The translations under genes and the position numbers were made by a program. Below, one piece after another: positions 40,019 to 50,431 of a stretch of DNA of 64,000 bases (positions are counted from its first letter, which is position 1; each line of letters begins with the position of its first letter). This stretch comes from Sedimentisphaerales bacterium (GTDB lineage Bacteria > Planctomycetota > Phycisphaerae > Sedimentisphaerales > SM23-30). The DNA lies in NCBI GenBank assembly GCA_963666285.1, contig OY762711.1, one strand, 5' to 3'. The notes below the pieces were generated by a model. The model saw nothing but the letters and a program-made list of their open reading frames with translations, searched no databases and was not told the origin of the DNA.

Positions 40019-40608
40019 CCTCGAAAGCCTCCGCTGTACTTAATTTTCGGTTACCAGTTGCATATACACAGTTTGCCAGTTCTTCATGATGATTATGCAT
40101 CATTTATCTGATAATATGAATATTCAGATAAGGCTATATCAGGAGCAGGTGGAAAACAATTTCAAAAGATGTGAAATTGCACATGTCATGCAAATAACAT
40201 TTTTACCTTCGCTTCATTTTTAGTGTTTTGCAAAAGTATAACAAACATGAACTAAAGTGTCAAGAGTGCAAAAGTAATTATCGATAGTTTTTTTTATGAT
40301 ATTACGATTGGCGAATAGTATGTGTTTCGCAAAGCAGGCCTATGCGCTAATTGGTTATTTGTTTGGTTTTATTTTGTTAATATCTCTGATGACATCTTTT
40401 ATGCAAATTATAAAAAATTGTCAATGAGGTTTGCGGTTATATTGAGATAGTAAATAAAGTGGTTGTGGATTGCAATTGGTCTGAGACAGCAGGAAGTGTT
40501 TATATTATTTTTAACTTGTGAATAGTTATAGTTTAGTAACAATTTAATTGTTGCAGGTAATAATTTGAACTTTAGTTCAAATTAAAATGCAAGATAGTAT
40601 GCAATATT

Positions 40609-41358
40609 TTACTTCTTTTGTTCTTTCCACTTGAGTTCGGCTTCTGGTTTTCTCATATAGATAGGTGTAAAGTCAGAAGGATTTTCAATGAGTCCTGCAC
40701 TTTTTCGTTTTTTGCCACATTCAAAGGCATTTTCTGCTGAAGGCGCATAATATTTTTTATTTAATATAATTACATCATCTTTTACAAATTCATTTATGTG
40801 GTAATTTATCCCTTCACCGAGAATGTGTAAAGGTTTAGGTGTTTTACTTAGAAAATAATCAGGAGTTTCCATAGTCGGAGGGAGTTCTATATTTAAAAAT
40901 GGTGTTAGACTAGTATCAGAAATATTTTCGTTCCAGACCTTTGTGTTAAATGAATAACATGCACAAAAGATGTTGCCTCTGCCGGCTTCCAGGACTACGC
41001 CGATATTTGACAGTTCAATTCCATCTTCTACAGCCTTTACAGCGTTTAGTGCTATAACGTCCAGACTTGGTACCGCAACGATTTCTGCGTCCAGCGCATA
41101 TGCAAGAGTTTTGGCCATAGTTACCGCAATTCTTATGCCTGTAAAACTGCCAGGTCCGGCAGAGACATAAATAGTTTTTAGCTGTTCGGGTAGAAAATTA
41201 TGATCATTGAACAGTTTATTTATCAGCGGCAGAGTTTCAGTGCTGTGTTTTAGGGGGGCGCTCATGACTTTGGAATCTATCAGCTGATCACCAACTCCTA
41301 TAGCAACACTTCCGGTTAGGCCTGAGGTTTCTATGGTAAGTGATAATTCATCGTTCAT
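40609..41358 (-). CDS. tsaB: tRNA t6A biosynthesis protein TsaB
   Basis: LTIETS, GPGSFTGIRIA, PIYMRKPEAE. ATG at 41358. Confidence 0.93.
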   Translation of the reverse strand: MNDELSLTIETSGLTGSVAIGVGDQLIDSKVMSAPLKHSTETLPLINKLFNDHNFLPEQLKTIYVSAGPGSFTGIRIAVTMAKTLAYALDAEIVAVPSLDVIALNAVKAVEDGIELSNIGVVLEAGRGNIFCACYSFNTKVWNENISDTSLTPFLNIELPPTMETPDYFLSKTPKPLHILGEGINYHINEFVKDDVIILNKKYYAPSAENAFECGKKRKSAGLIENPSDFTPIYMRKPEAELKWKEQKK

Positions 41359-41421
41359 GATTAAGTTCCTGCGGGCGGATAGGTTGTTAAGTAGAATTGT
41401 ATGTTCTTGGGTATGGGCGCA

Positions 41422-41457
41422 AAAAAGCAAGGCACATGTTAGCCCTGTGCCTTGCCT
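41422..41457 (-). terminator. Terminator after rpmB
   Basis: aaaaagcaaggcaca...tgtgccttgc. Confidence 0.7.
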
Positions 41458-41505
41458 GGTATTCATGTTTTCCGCCTATTGTATGCAACGGAAAGAAAAA
41501 TTCAA

Positions 41506-41766
41506 TTATTCAGCAGTTTCCGGCTTCCAGTTTCTCTTTGGAGGCTTAACTACCAAGCCGTCGCTAATAGCTTTAGCAGAAGCCTTGACGCGTACGATTT
41601 TACCATCAACAAGTGCACGTACTTTCTGAATATTTGGCTTAAATTTACGTTTAGTAATACCGGTAGTCTTGCGACCAACACCACCGAGGTACTTGGCTTT
41701 ACCTTTGCGAGCGATCTTGCGACCGGCAACTGTTCTTTTTCCTGTAAAATAACAAACGCGTGACAT
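41506..41766 (-). CDS. rpmB: 50S ribosomal protein L28
   Basis: MSRVCYFTGK...GGVGRKTTGITKRKFKPNIQ. Confidence 0.96.
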   Translation of the reverse strand: MSRVCYFTGKRTVAGRKIARKGKAKYLGGVGRKTTGITKRKFKPNIQKVRALVDGKIVRVKASAKAISDGLVVKPPKRNWKPETAE

Positions 41767-42133
41767 AACTTTAACTCCAATATTTTACTTTTTCGTTACT
41801 GTCAAAGATTCACCATTATATAGTAAGAATATGATATTTCAAGTATTTTTTGACAAAATAAGCCGATTAAGAGCCGGTCGAGCTGTTGTTTTGCATAAGG
41901 TTTTGTTATTAAATATGTTACATATGTTGGCGTTAGGGTTAGATTGCTTGTACACTTGGATTAGAATCAAAGTATTTGCAGAATCAACAGTCAGTTTGGA
42001 ATAATAGCAGATCTTGTTCGTTAATCATTAGTACTATGAATATGATTGATAGAAAGTATCCCTTTTAACCGATTAAGGGTATAATAAAATAAGTTAGATA
42101 ATGTCAGATTGACCAAAATAAAAGGCCATATGC

Positions 42134-42694
42134 ATGCCTGATCAGGAAATAGCTCGATTGATAGACGGTTGCCGCAGAGGTGATCGAGACAGTTTTAGCC
42201 GGATAGTAGATTTATACAGCTCCCGTCTGTATGGATTCTATATCCACATGGGCTATAAACCCGATCAGGCTGAGGATCTGGTACAGGAATTATTTGTCAG
42301 GCTGGTCGAAAAGCTTAAGAAGTACAGCCATACAGGTAAATTTGAAGCGTGGCTATTCCGGGTAGCGGCAAACATGGCAAGGGATTTTGCCCGTAAACGA
42401 TCAATAAAAACAGTCAGTCTGAATATAGGCGAGGATGACGAACGCAACTCTCACCTGGAGTTTGCCGATAATAAACAGCCGTCACCGGACAGCAGACTGC
42501 AGCAGCTAGAGGCAAATGTTGATCTTCAGAGTGCTCTTTTTCAATTATCGGACCAGGAACGAGAGCTGGTATTATTGCGTCATTACTCTGATATGAGTTT
42601 TAAGGATATTGCATCAGATTGCGGACTGCCGGTTGGAACAGTGCTATCCAAAGTGCATAGAGCGTTGAAAAAGCTAAAAGATATAATGTCTTAA
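42134..42694 (+). CDS. ECF sigma factor
   Basis: AEDLVQELF, FEAWLFRVAAN, SFKDIA...GTVLSKVHRA. Confidence 0.95.
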   Translation: MPDQEIARLIDGCRRGDRDSFSRIVDLYSSRLYGFYIHMGYKPDQAEDLVQELFVRLVEKLKKYSHTGKFEAWLFRVAANMARDFARKRSIKTVSLNIGEDDERNSHLEFADNKQPSPDSRLQQLEANVDLQSALFQLSDQERELVLLRHYSDMSFKDIASDCGLPVGTVLSKVHRALKKLKDIMS

Positions 42695-42866
42695 GTGCTT
42701 GTTTTATTGGCGTTTACAGTGTAGCTCGTAAAATAATATTTTCAAAATGAAATATCTTTGCTGCAATAGTCGTTTTTCTTAGTGAGAACAAAAGAAAGCA
42801 AAGTTGGCCGTAAGGTCAGTAAATAATAAAGTAATTATCATGTAAAGGTCAGATGAGGTACCTGAA

Positions 42867-43394
42867 ATGAAAAACGAAAATAATAATCCAGAAAATGAAC
42901 TAATTGATTCCGGATTGGAAAAAGAACAGGTTCAGCAATTTTTCGATAATATGAAATATGTCGGCCAGGCCTTGGATGAACATCAGCCTGAGCCTTCATC
43001 AGGTTTCAATGATCGGATAAAAGCTGCAGTATATGCTGAGCTTGATTCGAATACCCGTTACTATTTTATTTCCCGTCACCATATCAGGACTATACTCGCA
43101 ACGGCTGCGATGCTGCTGGTAGTATTTAGTCTGGTGTTCTATCATATGGATCCTAAAGACAGCAAACCAGATGGTGGTACAGAAACAGGTGTAGTAGCGA
43201 GTGCCAATACTTCCGACAATCCATTTCTAGAACCGGATTTGATAATGGAAGTATTAATGGATCAGCAGGGCGCCAACAGTATTGACGGTATGACCCTGGA
43301 AGCAGTCTCCGCGATGTGGGGACAAGATAATCAGAACGATCAGGATAATTCATCCTCCTTTTGGAAAGGAAAGAACAATGAAAGCGTTGTATAA
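42867..43394 (+). CDS. Putative single-pass anti-sigma factor
   Basis: Follows the ECF gene; 'PSSGFNDRI', then an 'ATAAMLLVVF' TM helix. Confidence 0.7.
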   Translation: MKNENNNPENELIDSGLEKEQVQQFFDNMKYVGQALDEHQPEPSSGFNDRIKAAVYAELDSNTRYYFISRHHIRTILATAAMLLVVFSLVFYHMDPKDSKPDGGTETGVVASANTSDNPFLEPDLIMEVLMDQQGANSIDGMTLEAVSAMWGQDNQNDQDNSSSFWKGKNNESVV

Positions 43395-44583
43395 CATAAT
43401 TGCTATGGTTGCTTTAACAGCATTAACAGGAACAGTATTAGCCCAGGAATGTCCATATTCTGGAGGACAGCAGCAGGGCGGTCCACAGCAGGGTGTTTGC
43501 CCAAGTGAAGATTTAGCACCAGCTCCTGAATCAGAATTGCCGGGCGATCAAGGTTTTGGCCCGCGTCGCGGACAGGGAATGGGTAGAGGTAATGGTTTTG
43601 GCCAGGGACTTGGCAGAGGTAACGGTTTGGGCGAAGGTATGGGAATGGGTAGAGGTCAGGGTCGCGGTCAGGGCTTTGGCGGTCAGCAGATGGGCTTCGG
43701 TCCTCGCGGCGGCGAAGGCTTTGGTCCTGGAGAAGCTATGAAAGAAAGAGCTGAATGCAATGAATGCGAACAGGAAGCGGTTGCATCAGAACGCGGACAG
43801 GGCTTTAGACAAGGAATGGCACGCGGTTTTGCCAGAGGTCAGGGATCCGGTCGCGGCATGGGTATGATGCAGGGTCGTGGCCAGGGCAGAATGCAGGGTT
43901 ATGCTATGAGAGGCCGCGGACAGGGCTTTGGCGGTCAGCAGATGGGCTTTGGTCCTCGCGGCGGCGAAGGCTTTGGTCCTGGAGAAGCTATGAAAGAAAG
44001 AGCTGAATGCAATGAATGCGGACAGGAAGCGGTTGCACCAGAACGCGGACAGGGCTTTAGACAAGGAATGGCACGCGGTTTTGCCAGAGGTCAGAGATCC
44101 GGTCGCGGCATGGGTATGATGCAGGGTTGTGGCCAGGGCAGAATGCAGGGTTTTGCTATGAGAGGTCGCGGTCAGGGCTTTGGTGGTCAGCAGATGGGCT
44201 TTGGTCCTCGCGGCGGCGAAGGCTTTGGTCCTGGACAAGCTATGAAAGAAAGAGCTGAATGCAATGAATGCGGACAGGGCTTTAGACAAGGAATGGCACG
44301 CGGTTTTGCCAGAGGTCAGAGATCCGGTCGCGGTATGGGTATGATGCAGGGTTGCGGCCAAGGCAGAATGCAGGGGTTTGCTATGAGAGGCCGCGGACAG
44401 GGCTTTGGCGGTCAGCAGATGGGCTTCGGTCCTCGCGGCGGCGAAGGTTTTGGTCCGTCTCCTCTTGCAGATTGTCCGGAATTTGAAGGATGCCAGGATT
44501 TTGGCCTTCGCAGGAAAATGATGAATCGTGGTTGGGGCCAGGGAAATGGCTATAATCGCGGTTTTGGAAGAGCGATGAGATAG
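43378..44583 (+). CDS. Secreted Gly/Arg/Met-rich tandem-repeat protein with ECNEC motifs
   Basis: Sec signal ending VLA; 84-aa repeats; overlaps the upstream gene and has an RBS. Confidence 0.8.
   Translation: MKALYNIIAMVALTALTGTVLAQECPYSGGQQQGGPQQGVCPSEDLAPAPESELPGDQGFGPRRGQGMGRGNGFGQGLGRGNGLGEGMGMGRGQGRGQGFGGQQMGFGPRGGEGFGPGEAMKERAECNECEQEAVASERGQGFRQGMARGFARGQGSGRGMGMMQGRGQGRMQGYAMRGRGQGFGGQQMGFGPRGGEGFGPGEAMKERAECNECGQEAVAPERGQGFRQGMARGFARGQRSGRGMGMMQGCGQGRMQGFAMRGRGQGFGGQQMGFGPRGGEGFGPGQAMKERAECNECGQGFRQGMARGFARGQRSGRGMGMMQGCGQGRMQGFAMRGRGQGFGGQQMGFGPRGGEGFGPSPLADCPEFEGCQDFGLRRKMMNRGWGQGNGYNRGFGRAMR
43652..44455 (+). repeat. Intragenic near-identical tandem repeat, 252/252/225 bp
   Basis: cagggctttgg(c/t)ggtcagcag recurs at 43669, 43921, 44173 and 44398. 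Confidence 0.92.
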
Positions 44584-44686
44584 ATTTGCCAATCAGTTGT
44601 ATATGTTTCTATAAAATATGATTCTCAGACCGGTTTTGGCCGGTCTGAGATATTATAGATTGTTGGCTTTGAGAAAGGTAATTGAT

Positions 44687-45568
44687 ATGAGATCAAAATA
44701 TTCGATAATGTATATTGTTTTTGCGTTGGCGTTAATGTCTGTGGGTGTCCGAGCTCAAAGCCGGGAAAATACGGGATTTCAGGATGAATGTTGCAAAGAC
44801 AATGTTAAATACTATCAGCGTTACGAAGATAACGGTCCAGTGCCTAAAGAGTTTGACCAGGATAATAATCCGGATGAACAACGAGGTCGACGTGGCGGCA
44901 TGGGTGGTCCTGGCCGTGAAGGTCGAAGAGGTTTTGGCAGGGGTATGTTTGGTCCTCCTATGACCACGGAAGAGCTAATGACCTTTTTAGGCAAGTATGA
45001 TCCAGAGAAAGCCCAGCAGTTTGGCGAGATGTATAAAAAACAGCCTGAGGATTTTGAGAAATATATTGGAATGGTTTGTGAATTATATACACCTGCTTCC
45101 CGAATGATGGATTTTAATGAAGATATCGGGAAATTTATGGTCAAGAATATATCCTTATCTCTTGATATTAAAAAAGTAGTTTCTGATTATAAGAAAGCAG
45201 AAGATGAGCCATCTAAAGCTCGGTTCAGACAGCAGCTTAAGGTTAAGCTGGAAGAGCAGTTTGATGTTATTATTCAACTTCAGGAAAATGAGATCAAAGG
45301 CTGGCAGGATAGAATTTCGCAATTTCGTGAGCGAATGGAGAATGGTGAACTTGAGGATGACAATCAGGAAGCCGGCAGGGGTCGAGGTTTCGGTCGAGGC
45401 GGATCAGACATGCAGGACAGGTTTCAGCATATGCATAAGCGTATGGCCCAGGAAGTTGAGAGGCGAAAAGGAGATATTGTAAAGTGGAAAGAGCAAAAGC
45501 AGCAGATAGTAGAACGTCAGATATCTGATCTGGTCGAAGACGTAAGACCATTTCCGTGGAACAGGTAG
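44687..45568 (+). CDS. Secreted helical protein, loosely Spy/CpxP-like
   Basis: Signal peptide ending VRA, RGG patches and coiled coils; last gene of the ECF operon. Confidence 0.6.
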   Translation: MRSKYSIMYIVFALALMSVGVRAQSRENTGFQDECCKDNVKYYQRYEDNGPVPKEFDQDNNPDEQRGRRGGMGGPGREGRRGFGRGMFGPPMTTEELMTFLGKYDPEKAQQFGEMYKKQPEDFEKYIGMVCELYTPASRMMDFNEDIGKFMVKNISLSLDIKKVVSDYKKAEDEPSKARFRQQLKVKLEEQFDVIIQLQENEIKGWQDRISQFRERMENGELEDDNQEAGRGRGFGRGGSDMQDRFQHMHKRMAQEVERRKGDIVKWKEQKQQIVERQISDLVEDVRPFPWNR

Positions 45569-45651
45569 TGTTCGGAGTAAAAGGCAAATGTTGAATAGTT
45601 GAGCTATCGCTGTTGGCCCGACAATATTGCTGTGATTCTATTTTGTCATGT

Positions 45652-46824
45652 CTATATTTTTAAGAATATCTTCTTTTTGTACAGGAGATATAGAAAGAGC
45701 CATTCTAATACAATCAAGCTAATAAATAATCCCAATTGTTGATACTGGCCGGGGATGAAATTTATAATACCTCCGAATATGAAATTGTTTGTATATTCAA
45801 AGTTGATAATTTTGATCCCCAGGTATATTGTTATCGAGTTCATTCCGATAACTTTAAATATAAAGGCCCATTTTTTAATTCCAACGCAATCAATAATATA
45901 GAAGAATGCAGAAAGAATAGTCATGCTCCATCCGGCAGCCAAAAGGATAAATGAACCTGTCCATAATTTCTTGATAATAGGGTAGAAGTTTCCCCATCCC
46001 AGGCCAATACAAATCAGGAGTATGCCAGCGACAAAGAGTCCGGCAGAATTTTTCCATTTGCAGCGGTTCTGGCAGGTTAACCAATAACTCGAAATAGCCC
46101 CGAGCAATGCCATACTGATACTAGATATAGCCTGCATGATACCTTCAGGGTCGTAGTTGCCACCATGCAATCTGCCGGGTAGAAAAGATTGATCAATAAA
46201 TGAGGCAAGAGACTCTTGTGCAGTCAAGAGTCCACATCCGTATTCAGGTACAGGGTACCACATTAATAAAGCCCAATATCCAAGTATAATCGCAGCACAC
46301 GCAATAATCTGAACTTTTATTTTGAAATGCATAACAATTAGAAATGCAAAATAATATCCTATACCAATCAATCCAAGAACGCTGGCAAAACGAGTGTTTT
46401 CAATGCCGTTAAAAGCCAATCCACCATTATAAACAATACCAAGCGATACTAACAATACCATACGAATAGTGGCCCGGCAAATAATACGCATATTCGAGTG
46501 TCCTTTTTTTTGCTGGGCTCTAATAGAGAGAGGTATAGCGACACCAGCAATGAAAAGGAATAAAGGGAATATAAGGTCGTAAGCATGAAATCCTTCCCAT
46601 TCAACATGTTCCAATTGCTCTGATAAGGCATTTAGCCATGAGAAATTGAAACATTCGGCAGCACAGCGTATCAGTTTGGCCCCGCCAATAATCCAGAGCA
46701 TATCAAACCCTCTAAGTGCGTCTAAAGATTCCAATCTTGCAGTGGTTTCTTTTGCCCGGTTACCAAGGTTTTGGTGGTCACTTTCGATATTACCTACATT
46801 ACTTTTAGTATTTGTGATATCCAT
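45652..46824 (-). CDS. HGSNAT/NagX-like membrane acyltransferase (DUF5009)
   Basis: RLESLDALRGFDM, DLIFPLFLFIAG, DPEG, PIIKKLWT, GMNSITIY. Confidence 0.9.
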   Translation of the reverse strand: MDITNTKSNVGNIESDHQNLGNRAKETTARLESLDALRGFDMLWIIGGAKLIRCAAECFNFSWLNALSEQLEHVEWEGFHAYDLIFPLFLFIAGVAIPLSIRAQQKKGHSNMRIICRATIRMVLLVSLGIVYNGGLAFNGIENTRFASVLGLIGIGYYFAFLIVMHFKIKVQIIACAAIILGYWALLMWYPVPEYGCGLLTAQESLASFIDQSFLPGRLHGGNYDPEGIMQAISSISMALLGAISSYWLTCQNRCKWKNSAGLFVAGILLICIGLGWGNFYPIIKKLWTGSFILLAAGWSMTILSAFFYIIDCVGIKKWAFIFKVIGMNSITIYLGIKIINFEYTNNFIFGGIINFIPGQYQQLGLFISLIVLEWLFLYLLYKKKIFLKI

Positions 46825-47034
46825 ATTTATCCTTAAGTATTGTTTATGCCAGGCATTTAATACAAGAGATACTTTTGACTGTTCGATTTTATCCGTAAAG
46901 GCCGACCTGTTAAGAGAAAAATTGAGATGTTCGACTTTGTCTTACGAAAACAGGCGGTGTAATTATTTGCCTGTCAGAAGTTTACCACAGATGGTTTGCA
47001 AAAAGCAACTGAAAAAGTTGAAGGTTGTGACAAT

Positions 47035-47067
47035 AAAAAAACAGCAGGCCATTTCTGACCTGCTGTA
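47035..47067 (-). terminator. Terminator of the porin gene
   Basis: aaaaaaacagcagg-ccatttctga-cctgctgt. Confidence 0.8.
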
Positions 47068-47203
47068 ATAGTGTTTGTGCATTATAATCGCAGTTGTGTT
47101 AGACAAACAAAATAATTTATACATGCCTTAGTTCTATAAGGAAAGAAACTATTTTTGCGATTATATATTTTGGAATAATATCCCTTTCCTTTGTTTAATT
47201 ATA

Positions 47204-48580
47204 TTAGAACTGGAACTGAAGCTGGCTGCGAACCATCATAAGAGCTTCGCCAGCAACACCCTGGTAGTTTCCACCGCTTGAAACGCTACCAGCAGGCATT
47301 TCGTCAACGTAAGTCAAGTCCATAGAAAGTTTCAGGTTCTGACCGTTGATGTAGTAGTTGAAGCCACCGGTATATTCATACAGGTCACCAGAATTGTCGA
47401 TGTCTAAACCACCGATGCGTCCAAACAATTCGAATTTTTCAGGAACGATAAACTGACCAACCTGGCCGTACCATCCCATGTTGTCAATGCTTTCACCGGC
47501 AATACTATTTGCAGCGATATAAGCATCAGTAGGATCCGCACTCTGAATGAAACCTTCCAGAGTAGCAGAGAACCCTTTGCATTTGTATGACACATCAGCG
47601 CCGAACATAGTCATTTCGCCCTGGTAGCCGCCAAAACTGGAATAGCCACCGCCAACAGCAGGAGCGTAAATTACATAGTTGTTATCGATACCGCCATTGT
47701 AACTTTCTTCGTCCATTTCCTTAGCATAAACAACACTACCGCCAAGCATCATAACCGGAGCATCATGATAAGCCAGGTCAGATTCGTTAGCGAAGTCTTT
47801 AACTGTAGCGCCCATAAGAGGAAGTGCAACCCTGGCAACAACAATTGGAGTATTGTCACTATTGCCGGCAGTTACTTCATTGTTGTCTCTTAAACCTTCA
47901 AATAAACCAACACGGTAGTTAACCATGCCAAGGTCACCATAACCTTCGATACCAGTCATACGGCCCATATCAAAGGCATAGGCTACCAGACCGCGGTCAA
48001 TAGCCATGAATTTACCGCTACTGTTTGGACGCTGTTTGCCAAATAAGCAATCGTTTGTTCCGCCTCTGATACCAAATTCCTTAGAGAATTTGTATGCCAG
48101 CCATCCGCTATACAGGTAAGCGTTGTGGCTGTTGTCATCGTCCATATCCAGCTGGAAGAAGTATTCCAGATTTTTCATGGCATGACCGGAGAAGATCAAA
48201 CGCATACGTTCGAGTTCCAGACGGCTGCTATCGGTTGTGGTGTTGTCACCATTACCAAAGTCACCATGTGAAACAGTTGCGAATGTATGACGAAGCTGGA
48301 AACGAGATTTGATATCCAGACGGAATTCATCGTCTGCACTCTTGATGTAGAAGTTTTTGTCATATCCAGCAGTCAAACCACTATCGGCAGACTGGCTGAG
48401 GTTTTTCTGCTCTACAAGTTCGCTCATTAATTCAGCGTTACGGTCTTCCATCTGTGATTTTAAAGCAGAAAGTTCTTTCTCCAGAGAGTCTACTTTTGCT
48501 TCCAAATCTCCAGTACCTGCCGCACCGGCTACAGCGGCTGTGTAGAGCACCGCTGCCAACATAATAATAATCTTTTTCAT
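47204..48580 (-). CDS. Outer-membrane porin, OprO/OprP-like
   Basis: Signal peptide, coiled coil, AGYDKNFYIKS, RMRLIFSG, beta strands, C-terminal QFQF. Confidence 0.8.
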   Translation of the reverse strand: MKKIIIMLAAVLYTAAVAGAAGTGDLEAKVDSLEKELSALKSQMEDRNAELMSELVEQKNLSQSADSGLTAGYDKNFYIKSADDEFRLDIKSRFQLRHTFATVSHGDFGNGDNTTTDSSRLELERMRLIFSGHAMKNLEYFFQLDMDDDNSHNAYLYSGWLAYKFSKEFGIRGGTNDCLFGKQRPNSSGKFMAIDRGLVAYAFDMGRMTGIEGYGDLGMVNYRVGLFEGLRDNNEVTAGNSDNTPIVVARVALPLMGATVKDFANESDLAYHDAPVMMLGGSVVYAKEMDEESYNGGIDNNYVIYAPAVGGGYSSFGGYQGEMTMFGADVSYKCKGFSATLEGFIQSADPTDAYIAANSIAGESIDNMGWYGQVGQFIVPEKFELFGRIGGLDIDNSGDLYEYTGGFNYYINGQNLKLSMDLTYVDEMPAGSVSSGGNYQGVAGEALMMVRSQLQFQF

Positions 48581-49318
48581 AAGACTTACCCTTTCTGTGC
48601 TAATCGCACAAACACATTAAGTTGTTTCGTTACTAATGCACTCGCATCAGCGTTATTTTTAAAATTACAAACATATTGTCATCGATCATTATGCTTAAAA
48701 ACGTAAAGAAACTATCGGTTATGTTCCCTTTTTTCCCTTAATAAAAATAACATATTTTATGTGTAATGTATTCTTTAAGCTTTTCAATATTGATATCAGT
48801 TATTATTGTCACTAATGGCTTGCTCATTAACTACTTATATGAAGTAAAACCTCTATTTTTGGTGGTACCATTTGTAGTGTAAGGCGTTGGTGTGGCAGGC
48901 CCAATAATTTGTTTAAAACGAGTAATTTTCAGAATGAACCTGATCCAGGTGCCTGAGTATATTTTCTATATTTCATTCATTGTCGAGAGGGATTGTGTAC
49001 TGCTTTTTTATTCCTCAGCGAGTGAAACTGGACTTGTCTGACTCAAATATTAAATATCCAGTTATTTCAATAGTTTGTCATAATTATCTAATACTTATAA
49101 TCGGGATAATTTCCCTAGAATTAATTGTCTATTTTATCCTATCCGTATAACACTCAGAAAAAAACAAAAAAATTATTTTTTTATAATTATTTCAATAAAA
49201 GAGGCTTATGAAGGTTGGCGTTTTTTTTACCATCGCAAAGTTAGACTTATCTAACTTTTTGTGCTATATTCAATTGAAGTGATAAATATGACAAAAATAT
49301 TAAACAAGGAGAATCATA

Positions 49319-49795
49319 ATGAAGTCTTCAAAAATTAAAATAGTAGCTTTATTGATATGTTGCGGCCTGCTTGTGGCAGCAGGTTATAATAAAGCACAAA
49401 GTTCTAAAAATGAATCAATCGGATCTTCGTCAGTTCGTCCTGTTTCAGATGTAAGTGACTGTGGTTCCGGCGGTTGCGGCGGTAAAAAGGAAAAGACATC
49501 TGATTGCAGCAGCGGTTCGTGCAGCAGTGCCAAATGCGAAGATTGCAGCGGCTCGTGCAGTAGTGGAACCAAATGCGAAAAGGACTGTGGTTCAGGCGGC
49601 TGTGGAGGCAAGAAAAATGAAGACGTGAATATCAGTAATTCAAATGCCGAGAAAGCGTTGATGGCATGCGGCTGTGGCGGCAAGAAGGGTAAAGGTGATA
49701 AGGAAGAACTGTATCAGTCTTCTGATAAGTCTCTTGTAGCCTGTGGCGGCGGCTCATGCGGCGGCAAAGGTAAGAAAGAAAAAGAAAGTGTGTAA
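49319..49795 (+). CDS. Secreted Cys/Gly/Lys-rich low-complexity protein
   Basis: AGGAG RBS, signal peptide, 14 Cys in the mature part in repeated CxxxxC-GGKK motifs. Confidence 0.8.
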   Translation: MKSSKIKIVALLICCGLLVAAGYNKAQSSKNESIGSSSVRPVSDVSDCGSGGCGGKKEKTSDCSSGSCSSAKCEDCSGSCSSGTKCEKDCGSGGCGGKKNEDVNISNSNAEKALMACGCGGKKGKGDKEELYQSSDKSLVACGGGSCGGKGKKEKESV

Positions 49796-50138
49796 CTTTA
49801 TGTTTAGCACACGTTTAGCGAAATTCTTTAATTAGAAACGATATTGTGTTTTGGCTGTAACTTAAAATTTTATTATTGTAAAGGAACCATATTATGTGTT
49901 AAGTACAGAAAACATGATGACAAGTTAATAAAAACACCAAAGAACTCCCCGCGAACCTGAAAAGCACATAGTGTATGAATTTGCCCGATCGCCTGGAGGG
50001 TAAATGAAAAAATCATTTATCAAACGCTCGAACGAGCATCTTCAATATAGTTATGAGTAAGGAGCCATCCAATAGGGGGCAATGAGAAAGATAATCCTGT
50101 CCCTTAACCCCCGAATGGGACTCCGAATCAGGTTTTTC

Positions 50139-50180
50139 AAGGCACCAAGCAGTTGATATCTGCAGGGTGCCTTTTTTTTA
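50139..50180 (+). terminator. Intrinsic terminator
   Basis: aaggcacc...ggtgcctttttttt. Confidence 0.8.
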
Positions 50181-50351
50181 TTTAAATATTACAGCAATTT
50201 AATTTTTATGCTTCGCATCACTTTGTGGCGTGTTCGCTTTTTCCTGTTGCTTCTTTGTCAGCCTTATCCTGGCTGCGGCAAAAACCTGAACAGAAAATAT
50301 TGAAGACCCTGAGTTTGCTATGTATATAATAATACTATGTAAGGTGTTGAT

Positions 50352-50388
50352 AAAAAAAGAGGAAAGCAGCTTATGCCGCAATCCTCTT
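50352..50388 (-). terminator. Intrinsic terminator of the selenoprotein candidate
   Basis: Minus strand agagga-ttgcggc-ataa-gctgc-tt-tcctct-tttttt. Confidence 0.7.
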
Positions 50389-50431
50389 ATTTTGATCTGA
50401 ACTAACAGTAAATATTACCATCAGTCTAATT

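Noticed and set aside
43786..44592. 268-aa minus-strand repetitive ORF
   Set aside because: Antisense shadow of the repeat gene; no RBS or signal peptide, and it opposes the operon.
48930..48960. TPP riboswitch-like GAACCTGATCCAGG
   Set aside because: Lacks the upstream CTGAGA and downstream AAT..C.GCG.AGG elements.
50058..50130. c-di-AMP riboswitch, tmRNA or 6S identity for the structured spacer
   Set aside because: Only fragments match. No GCTGAATC/CAGCTAAC core, no tRNA-like ends and no single rod structure.
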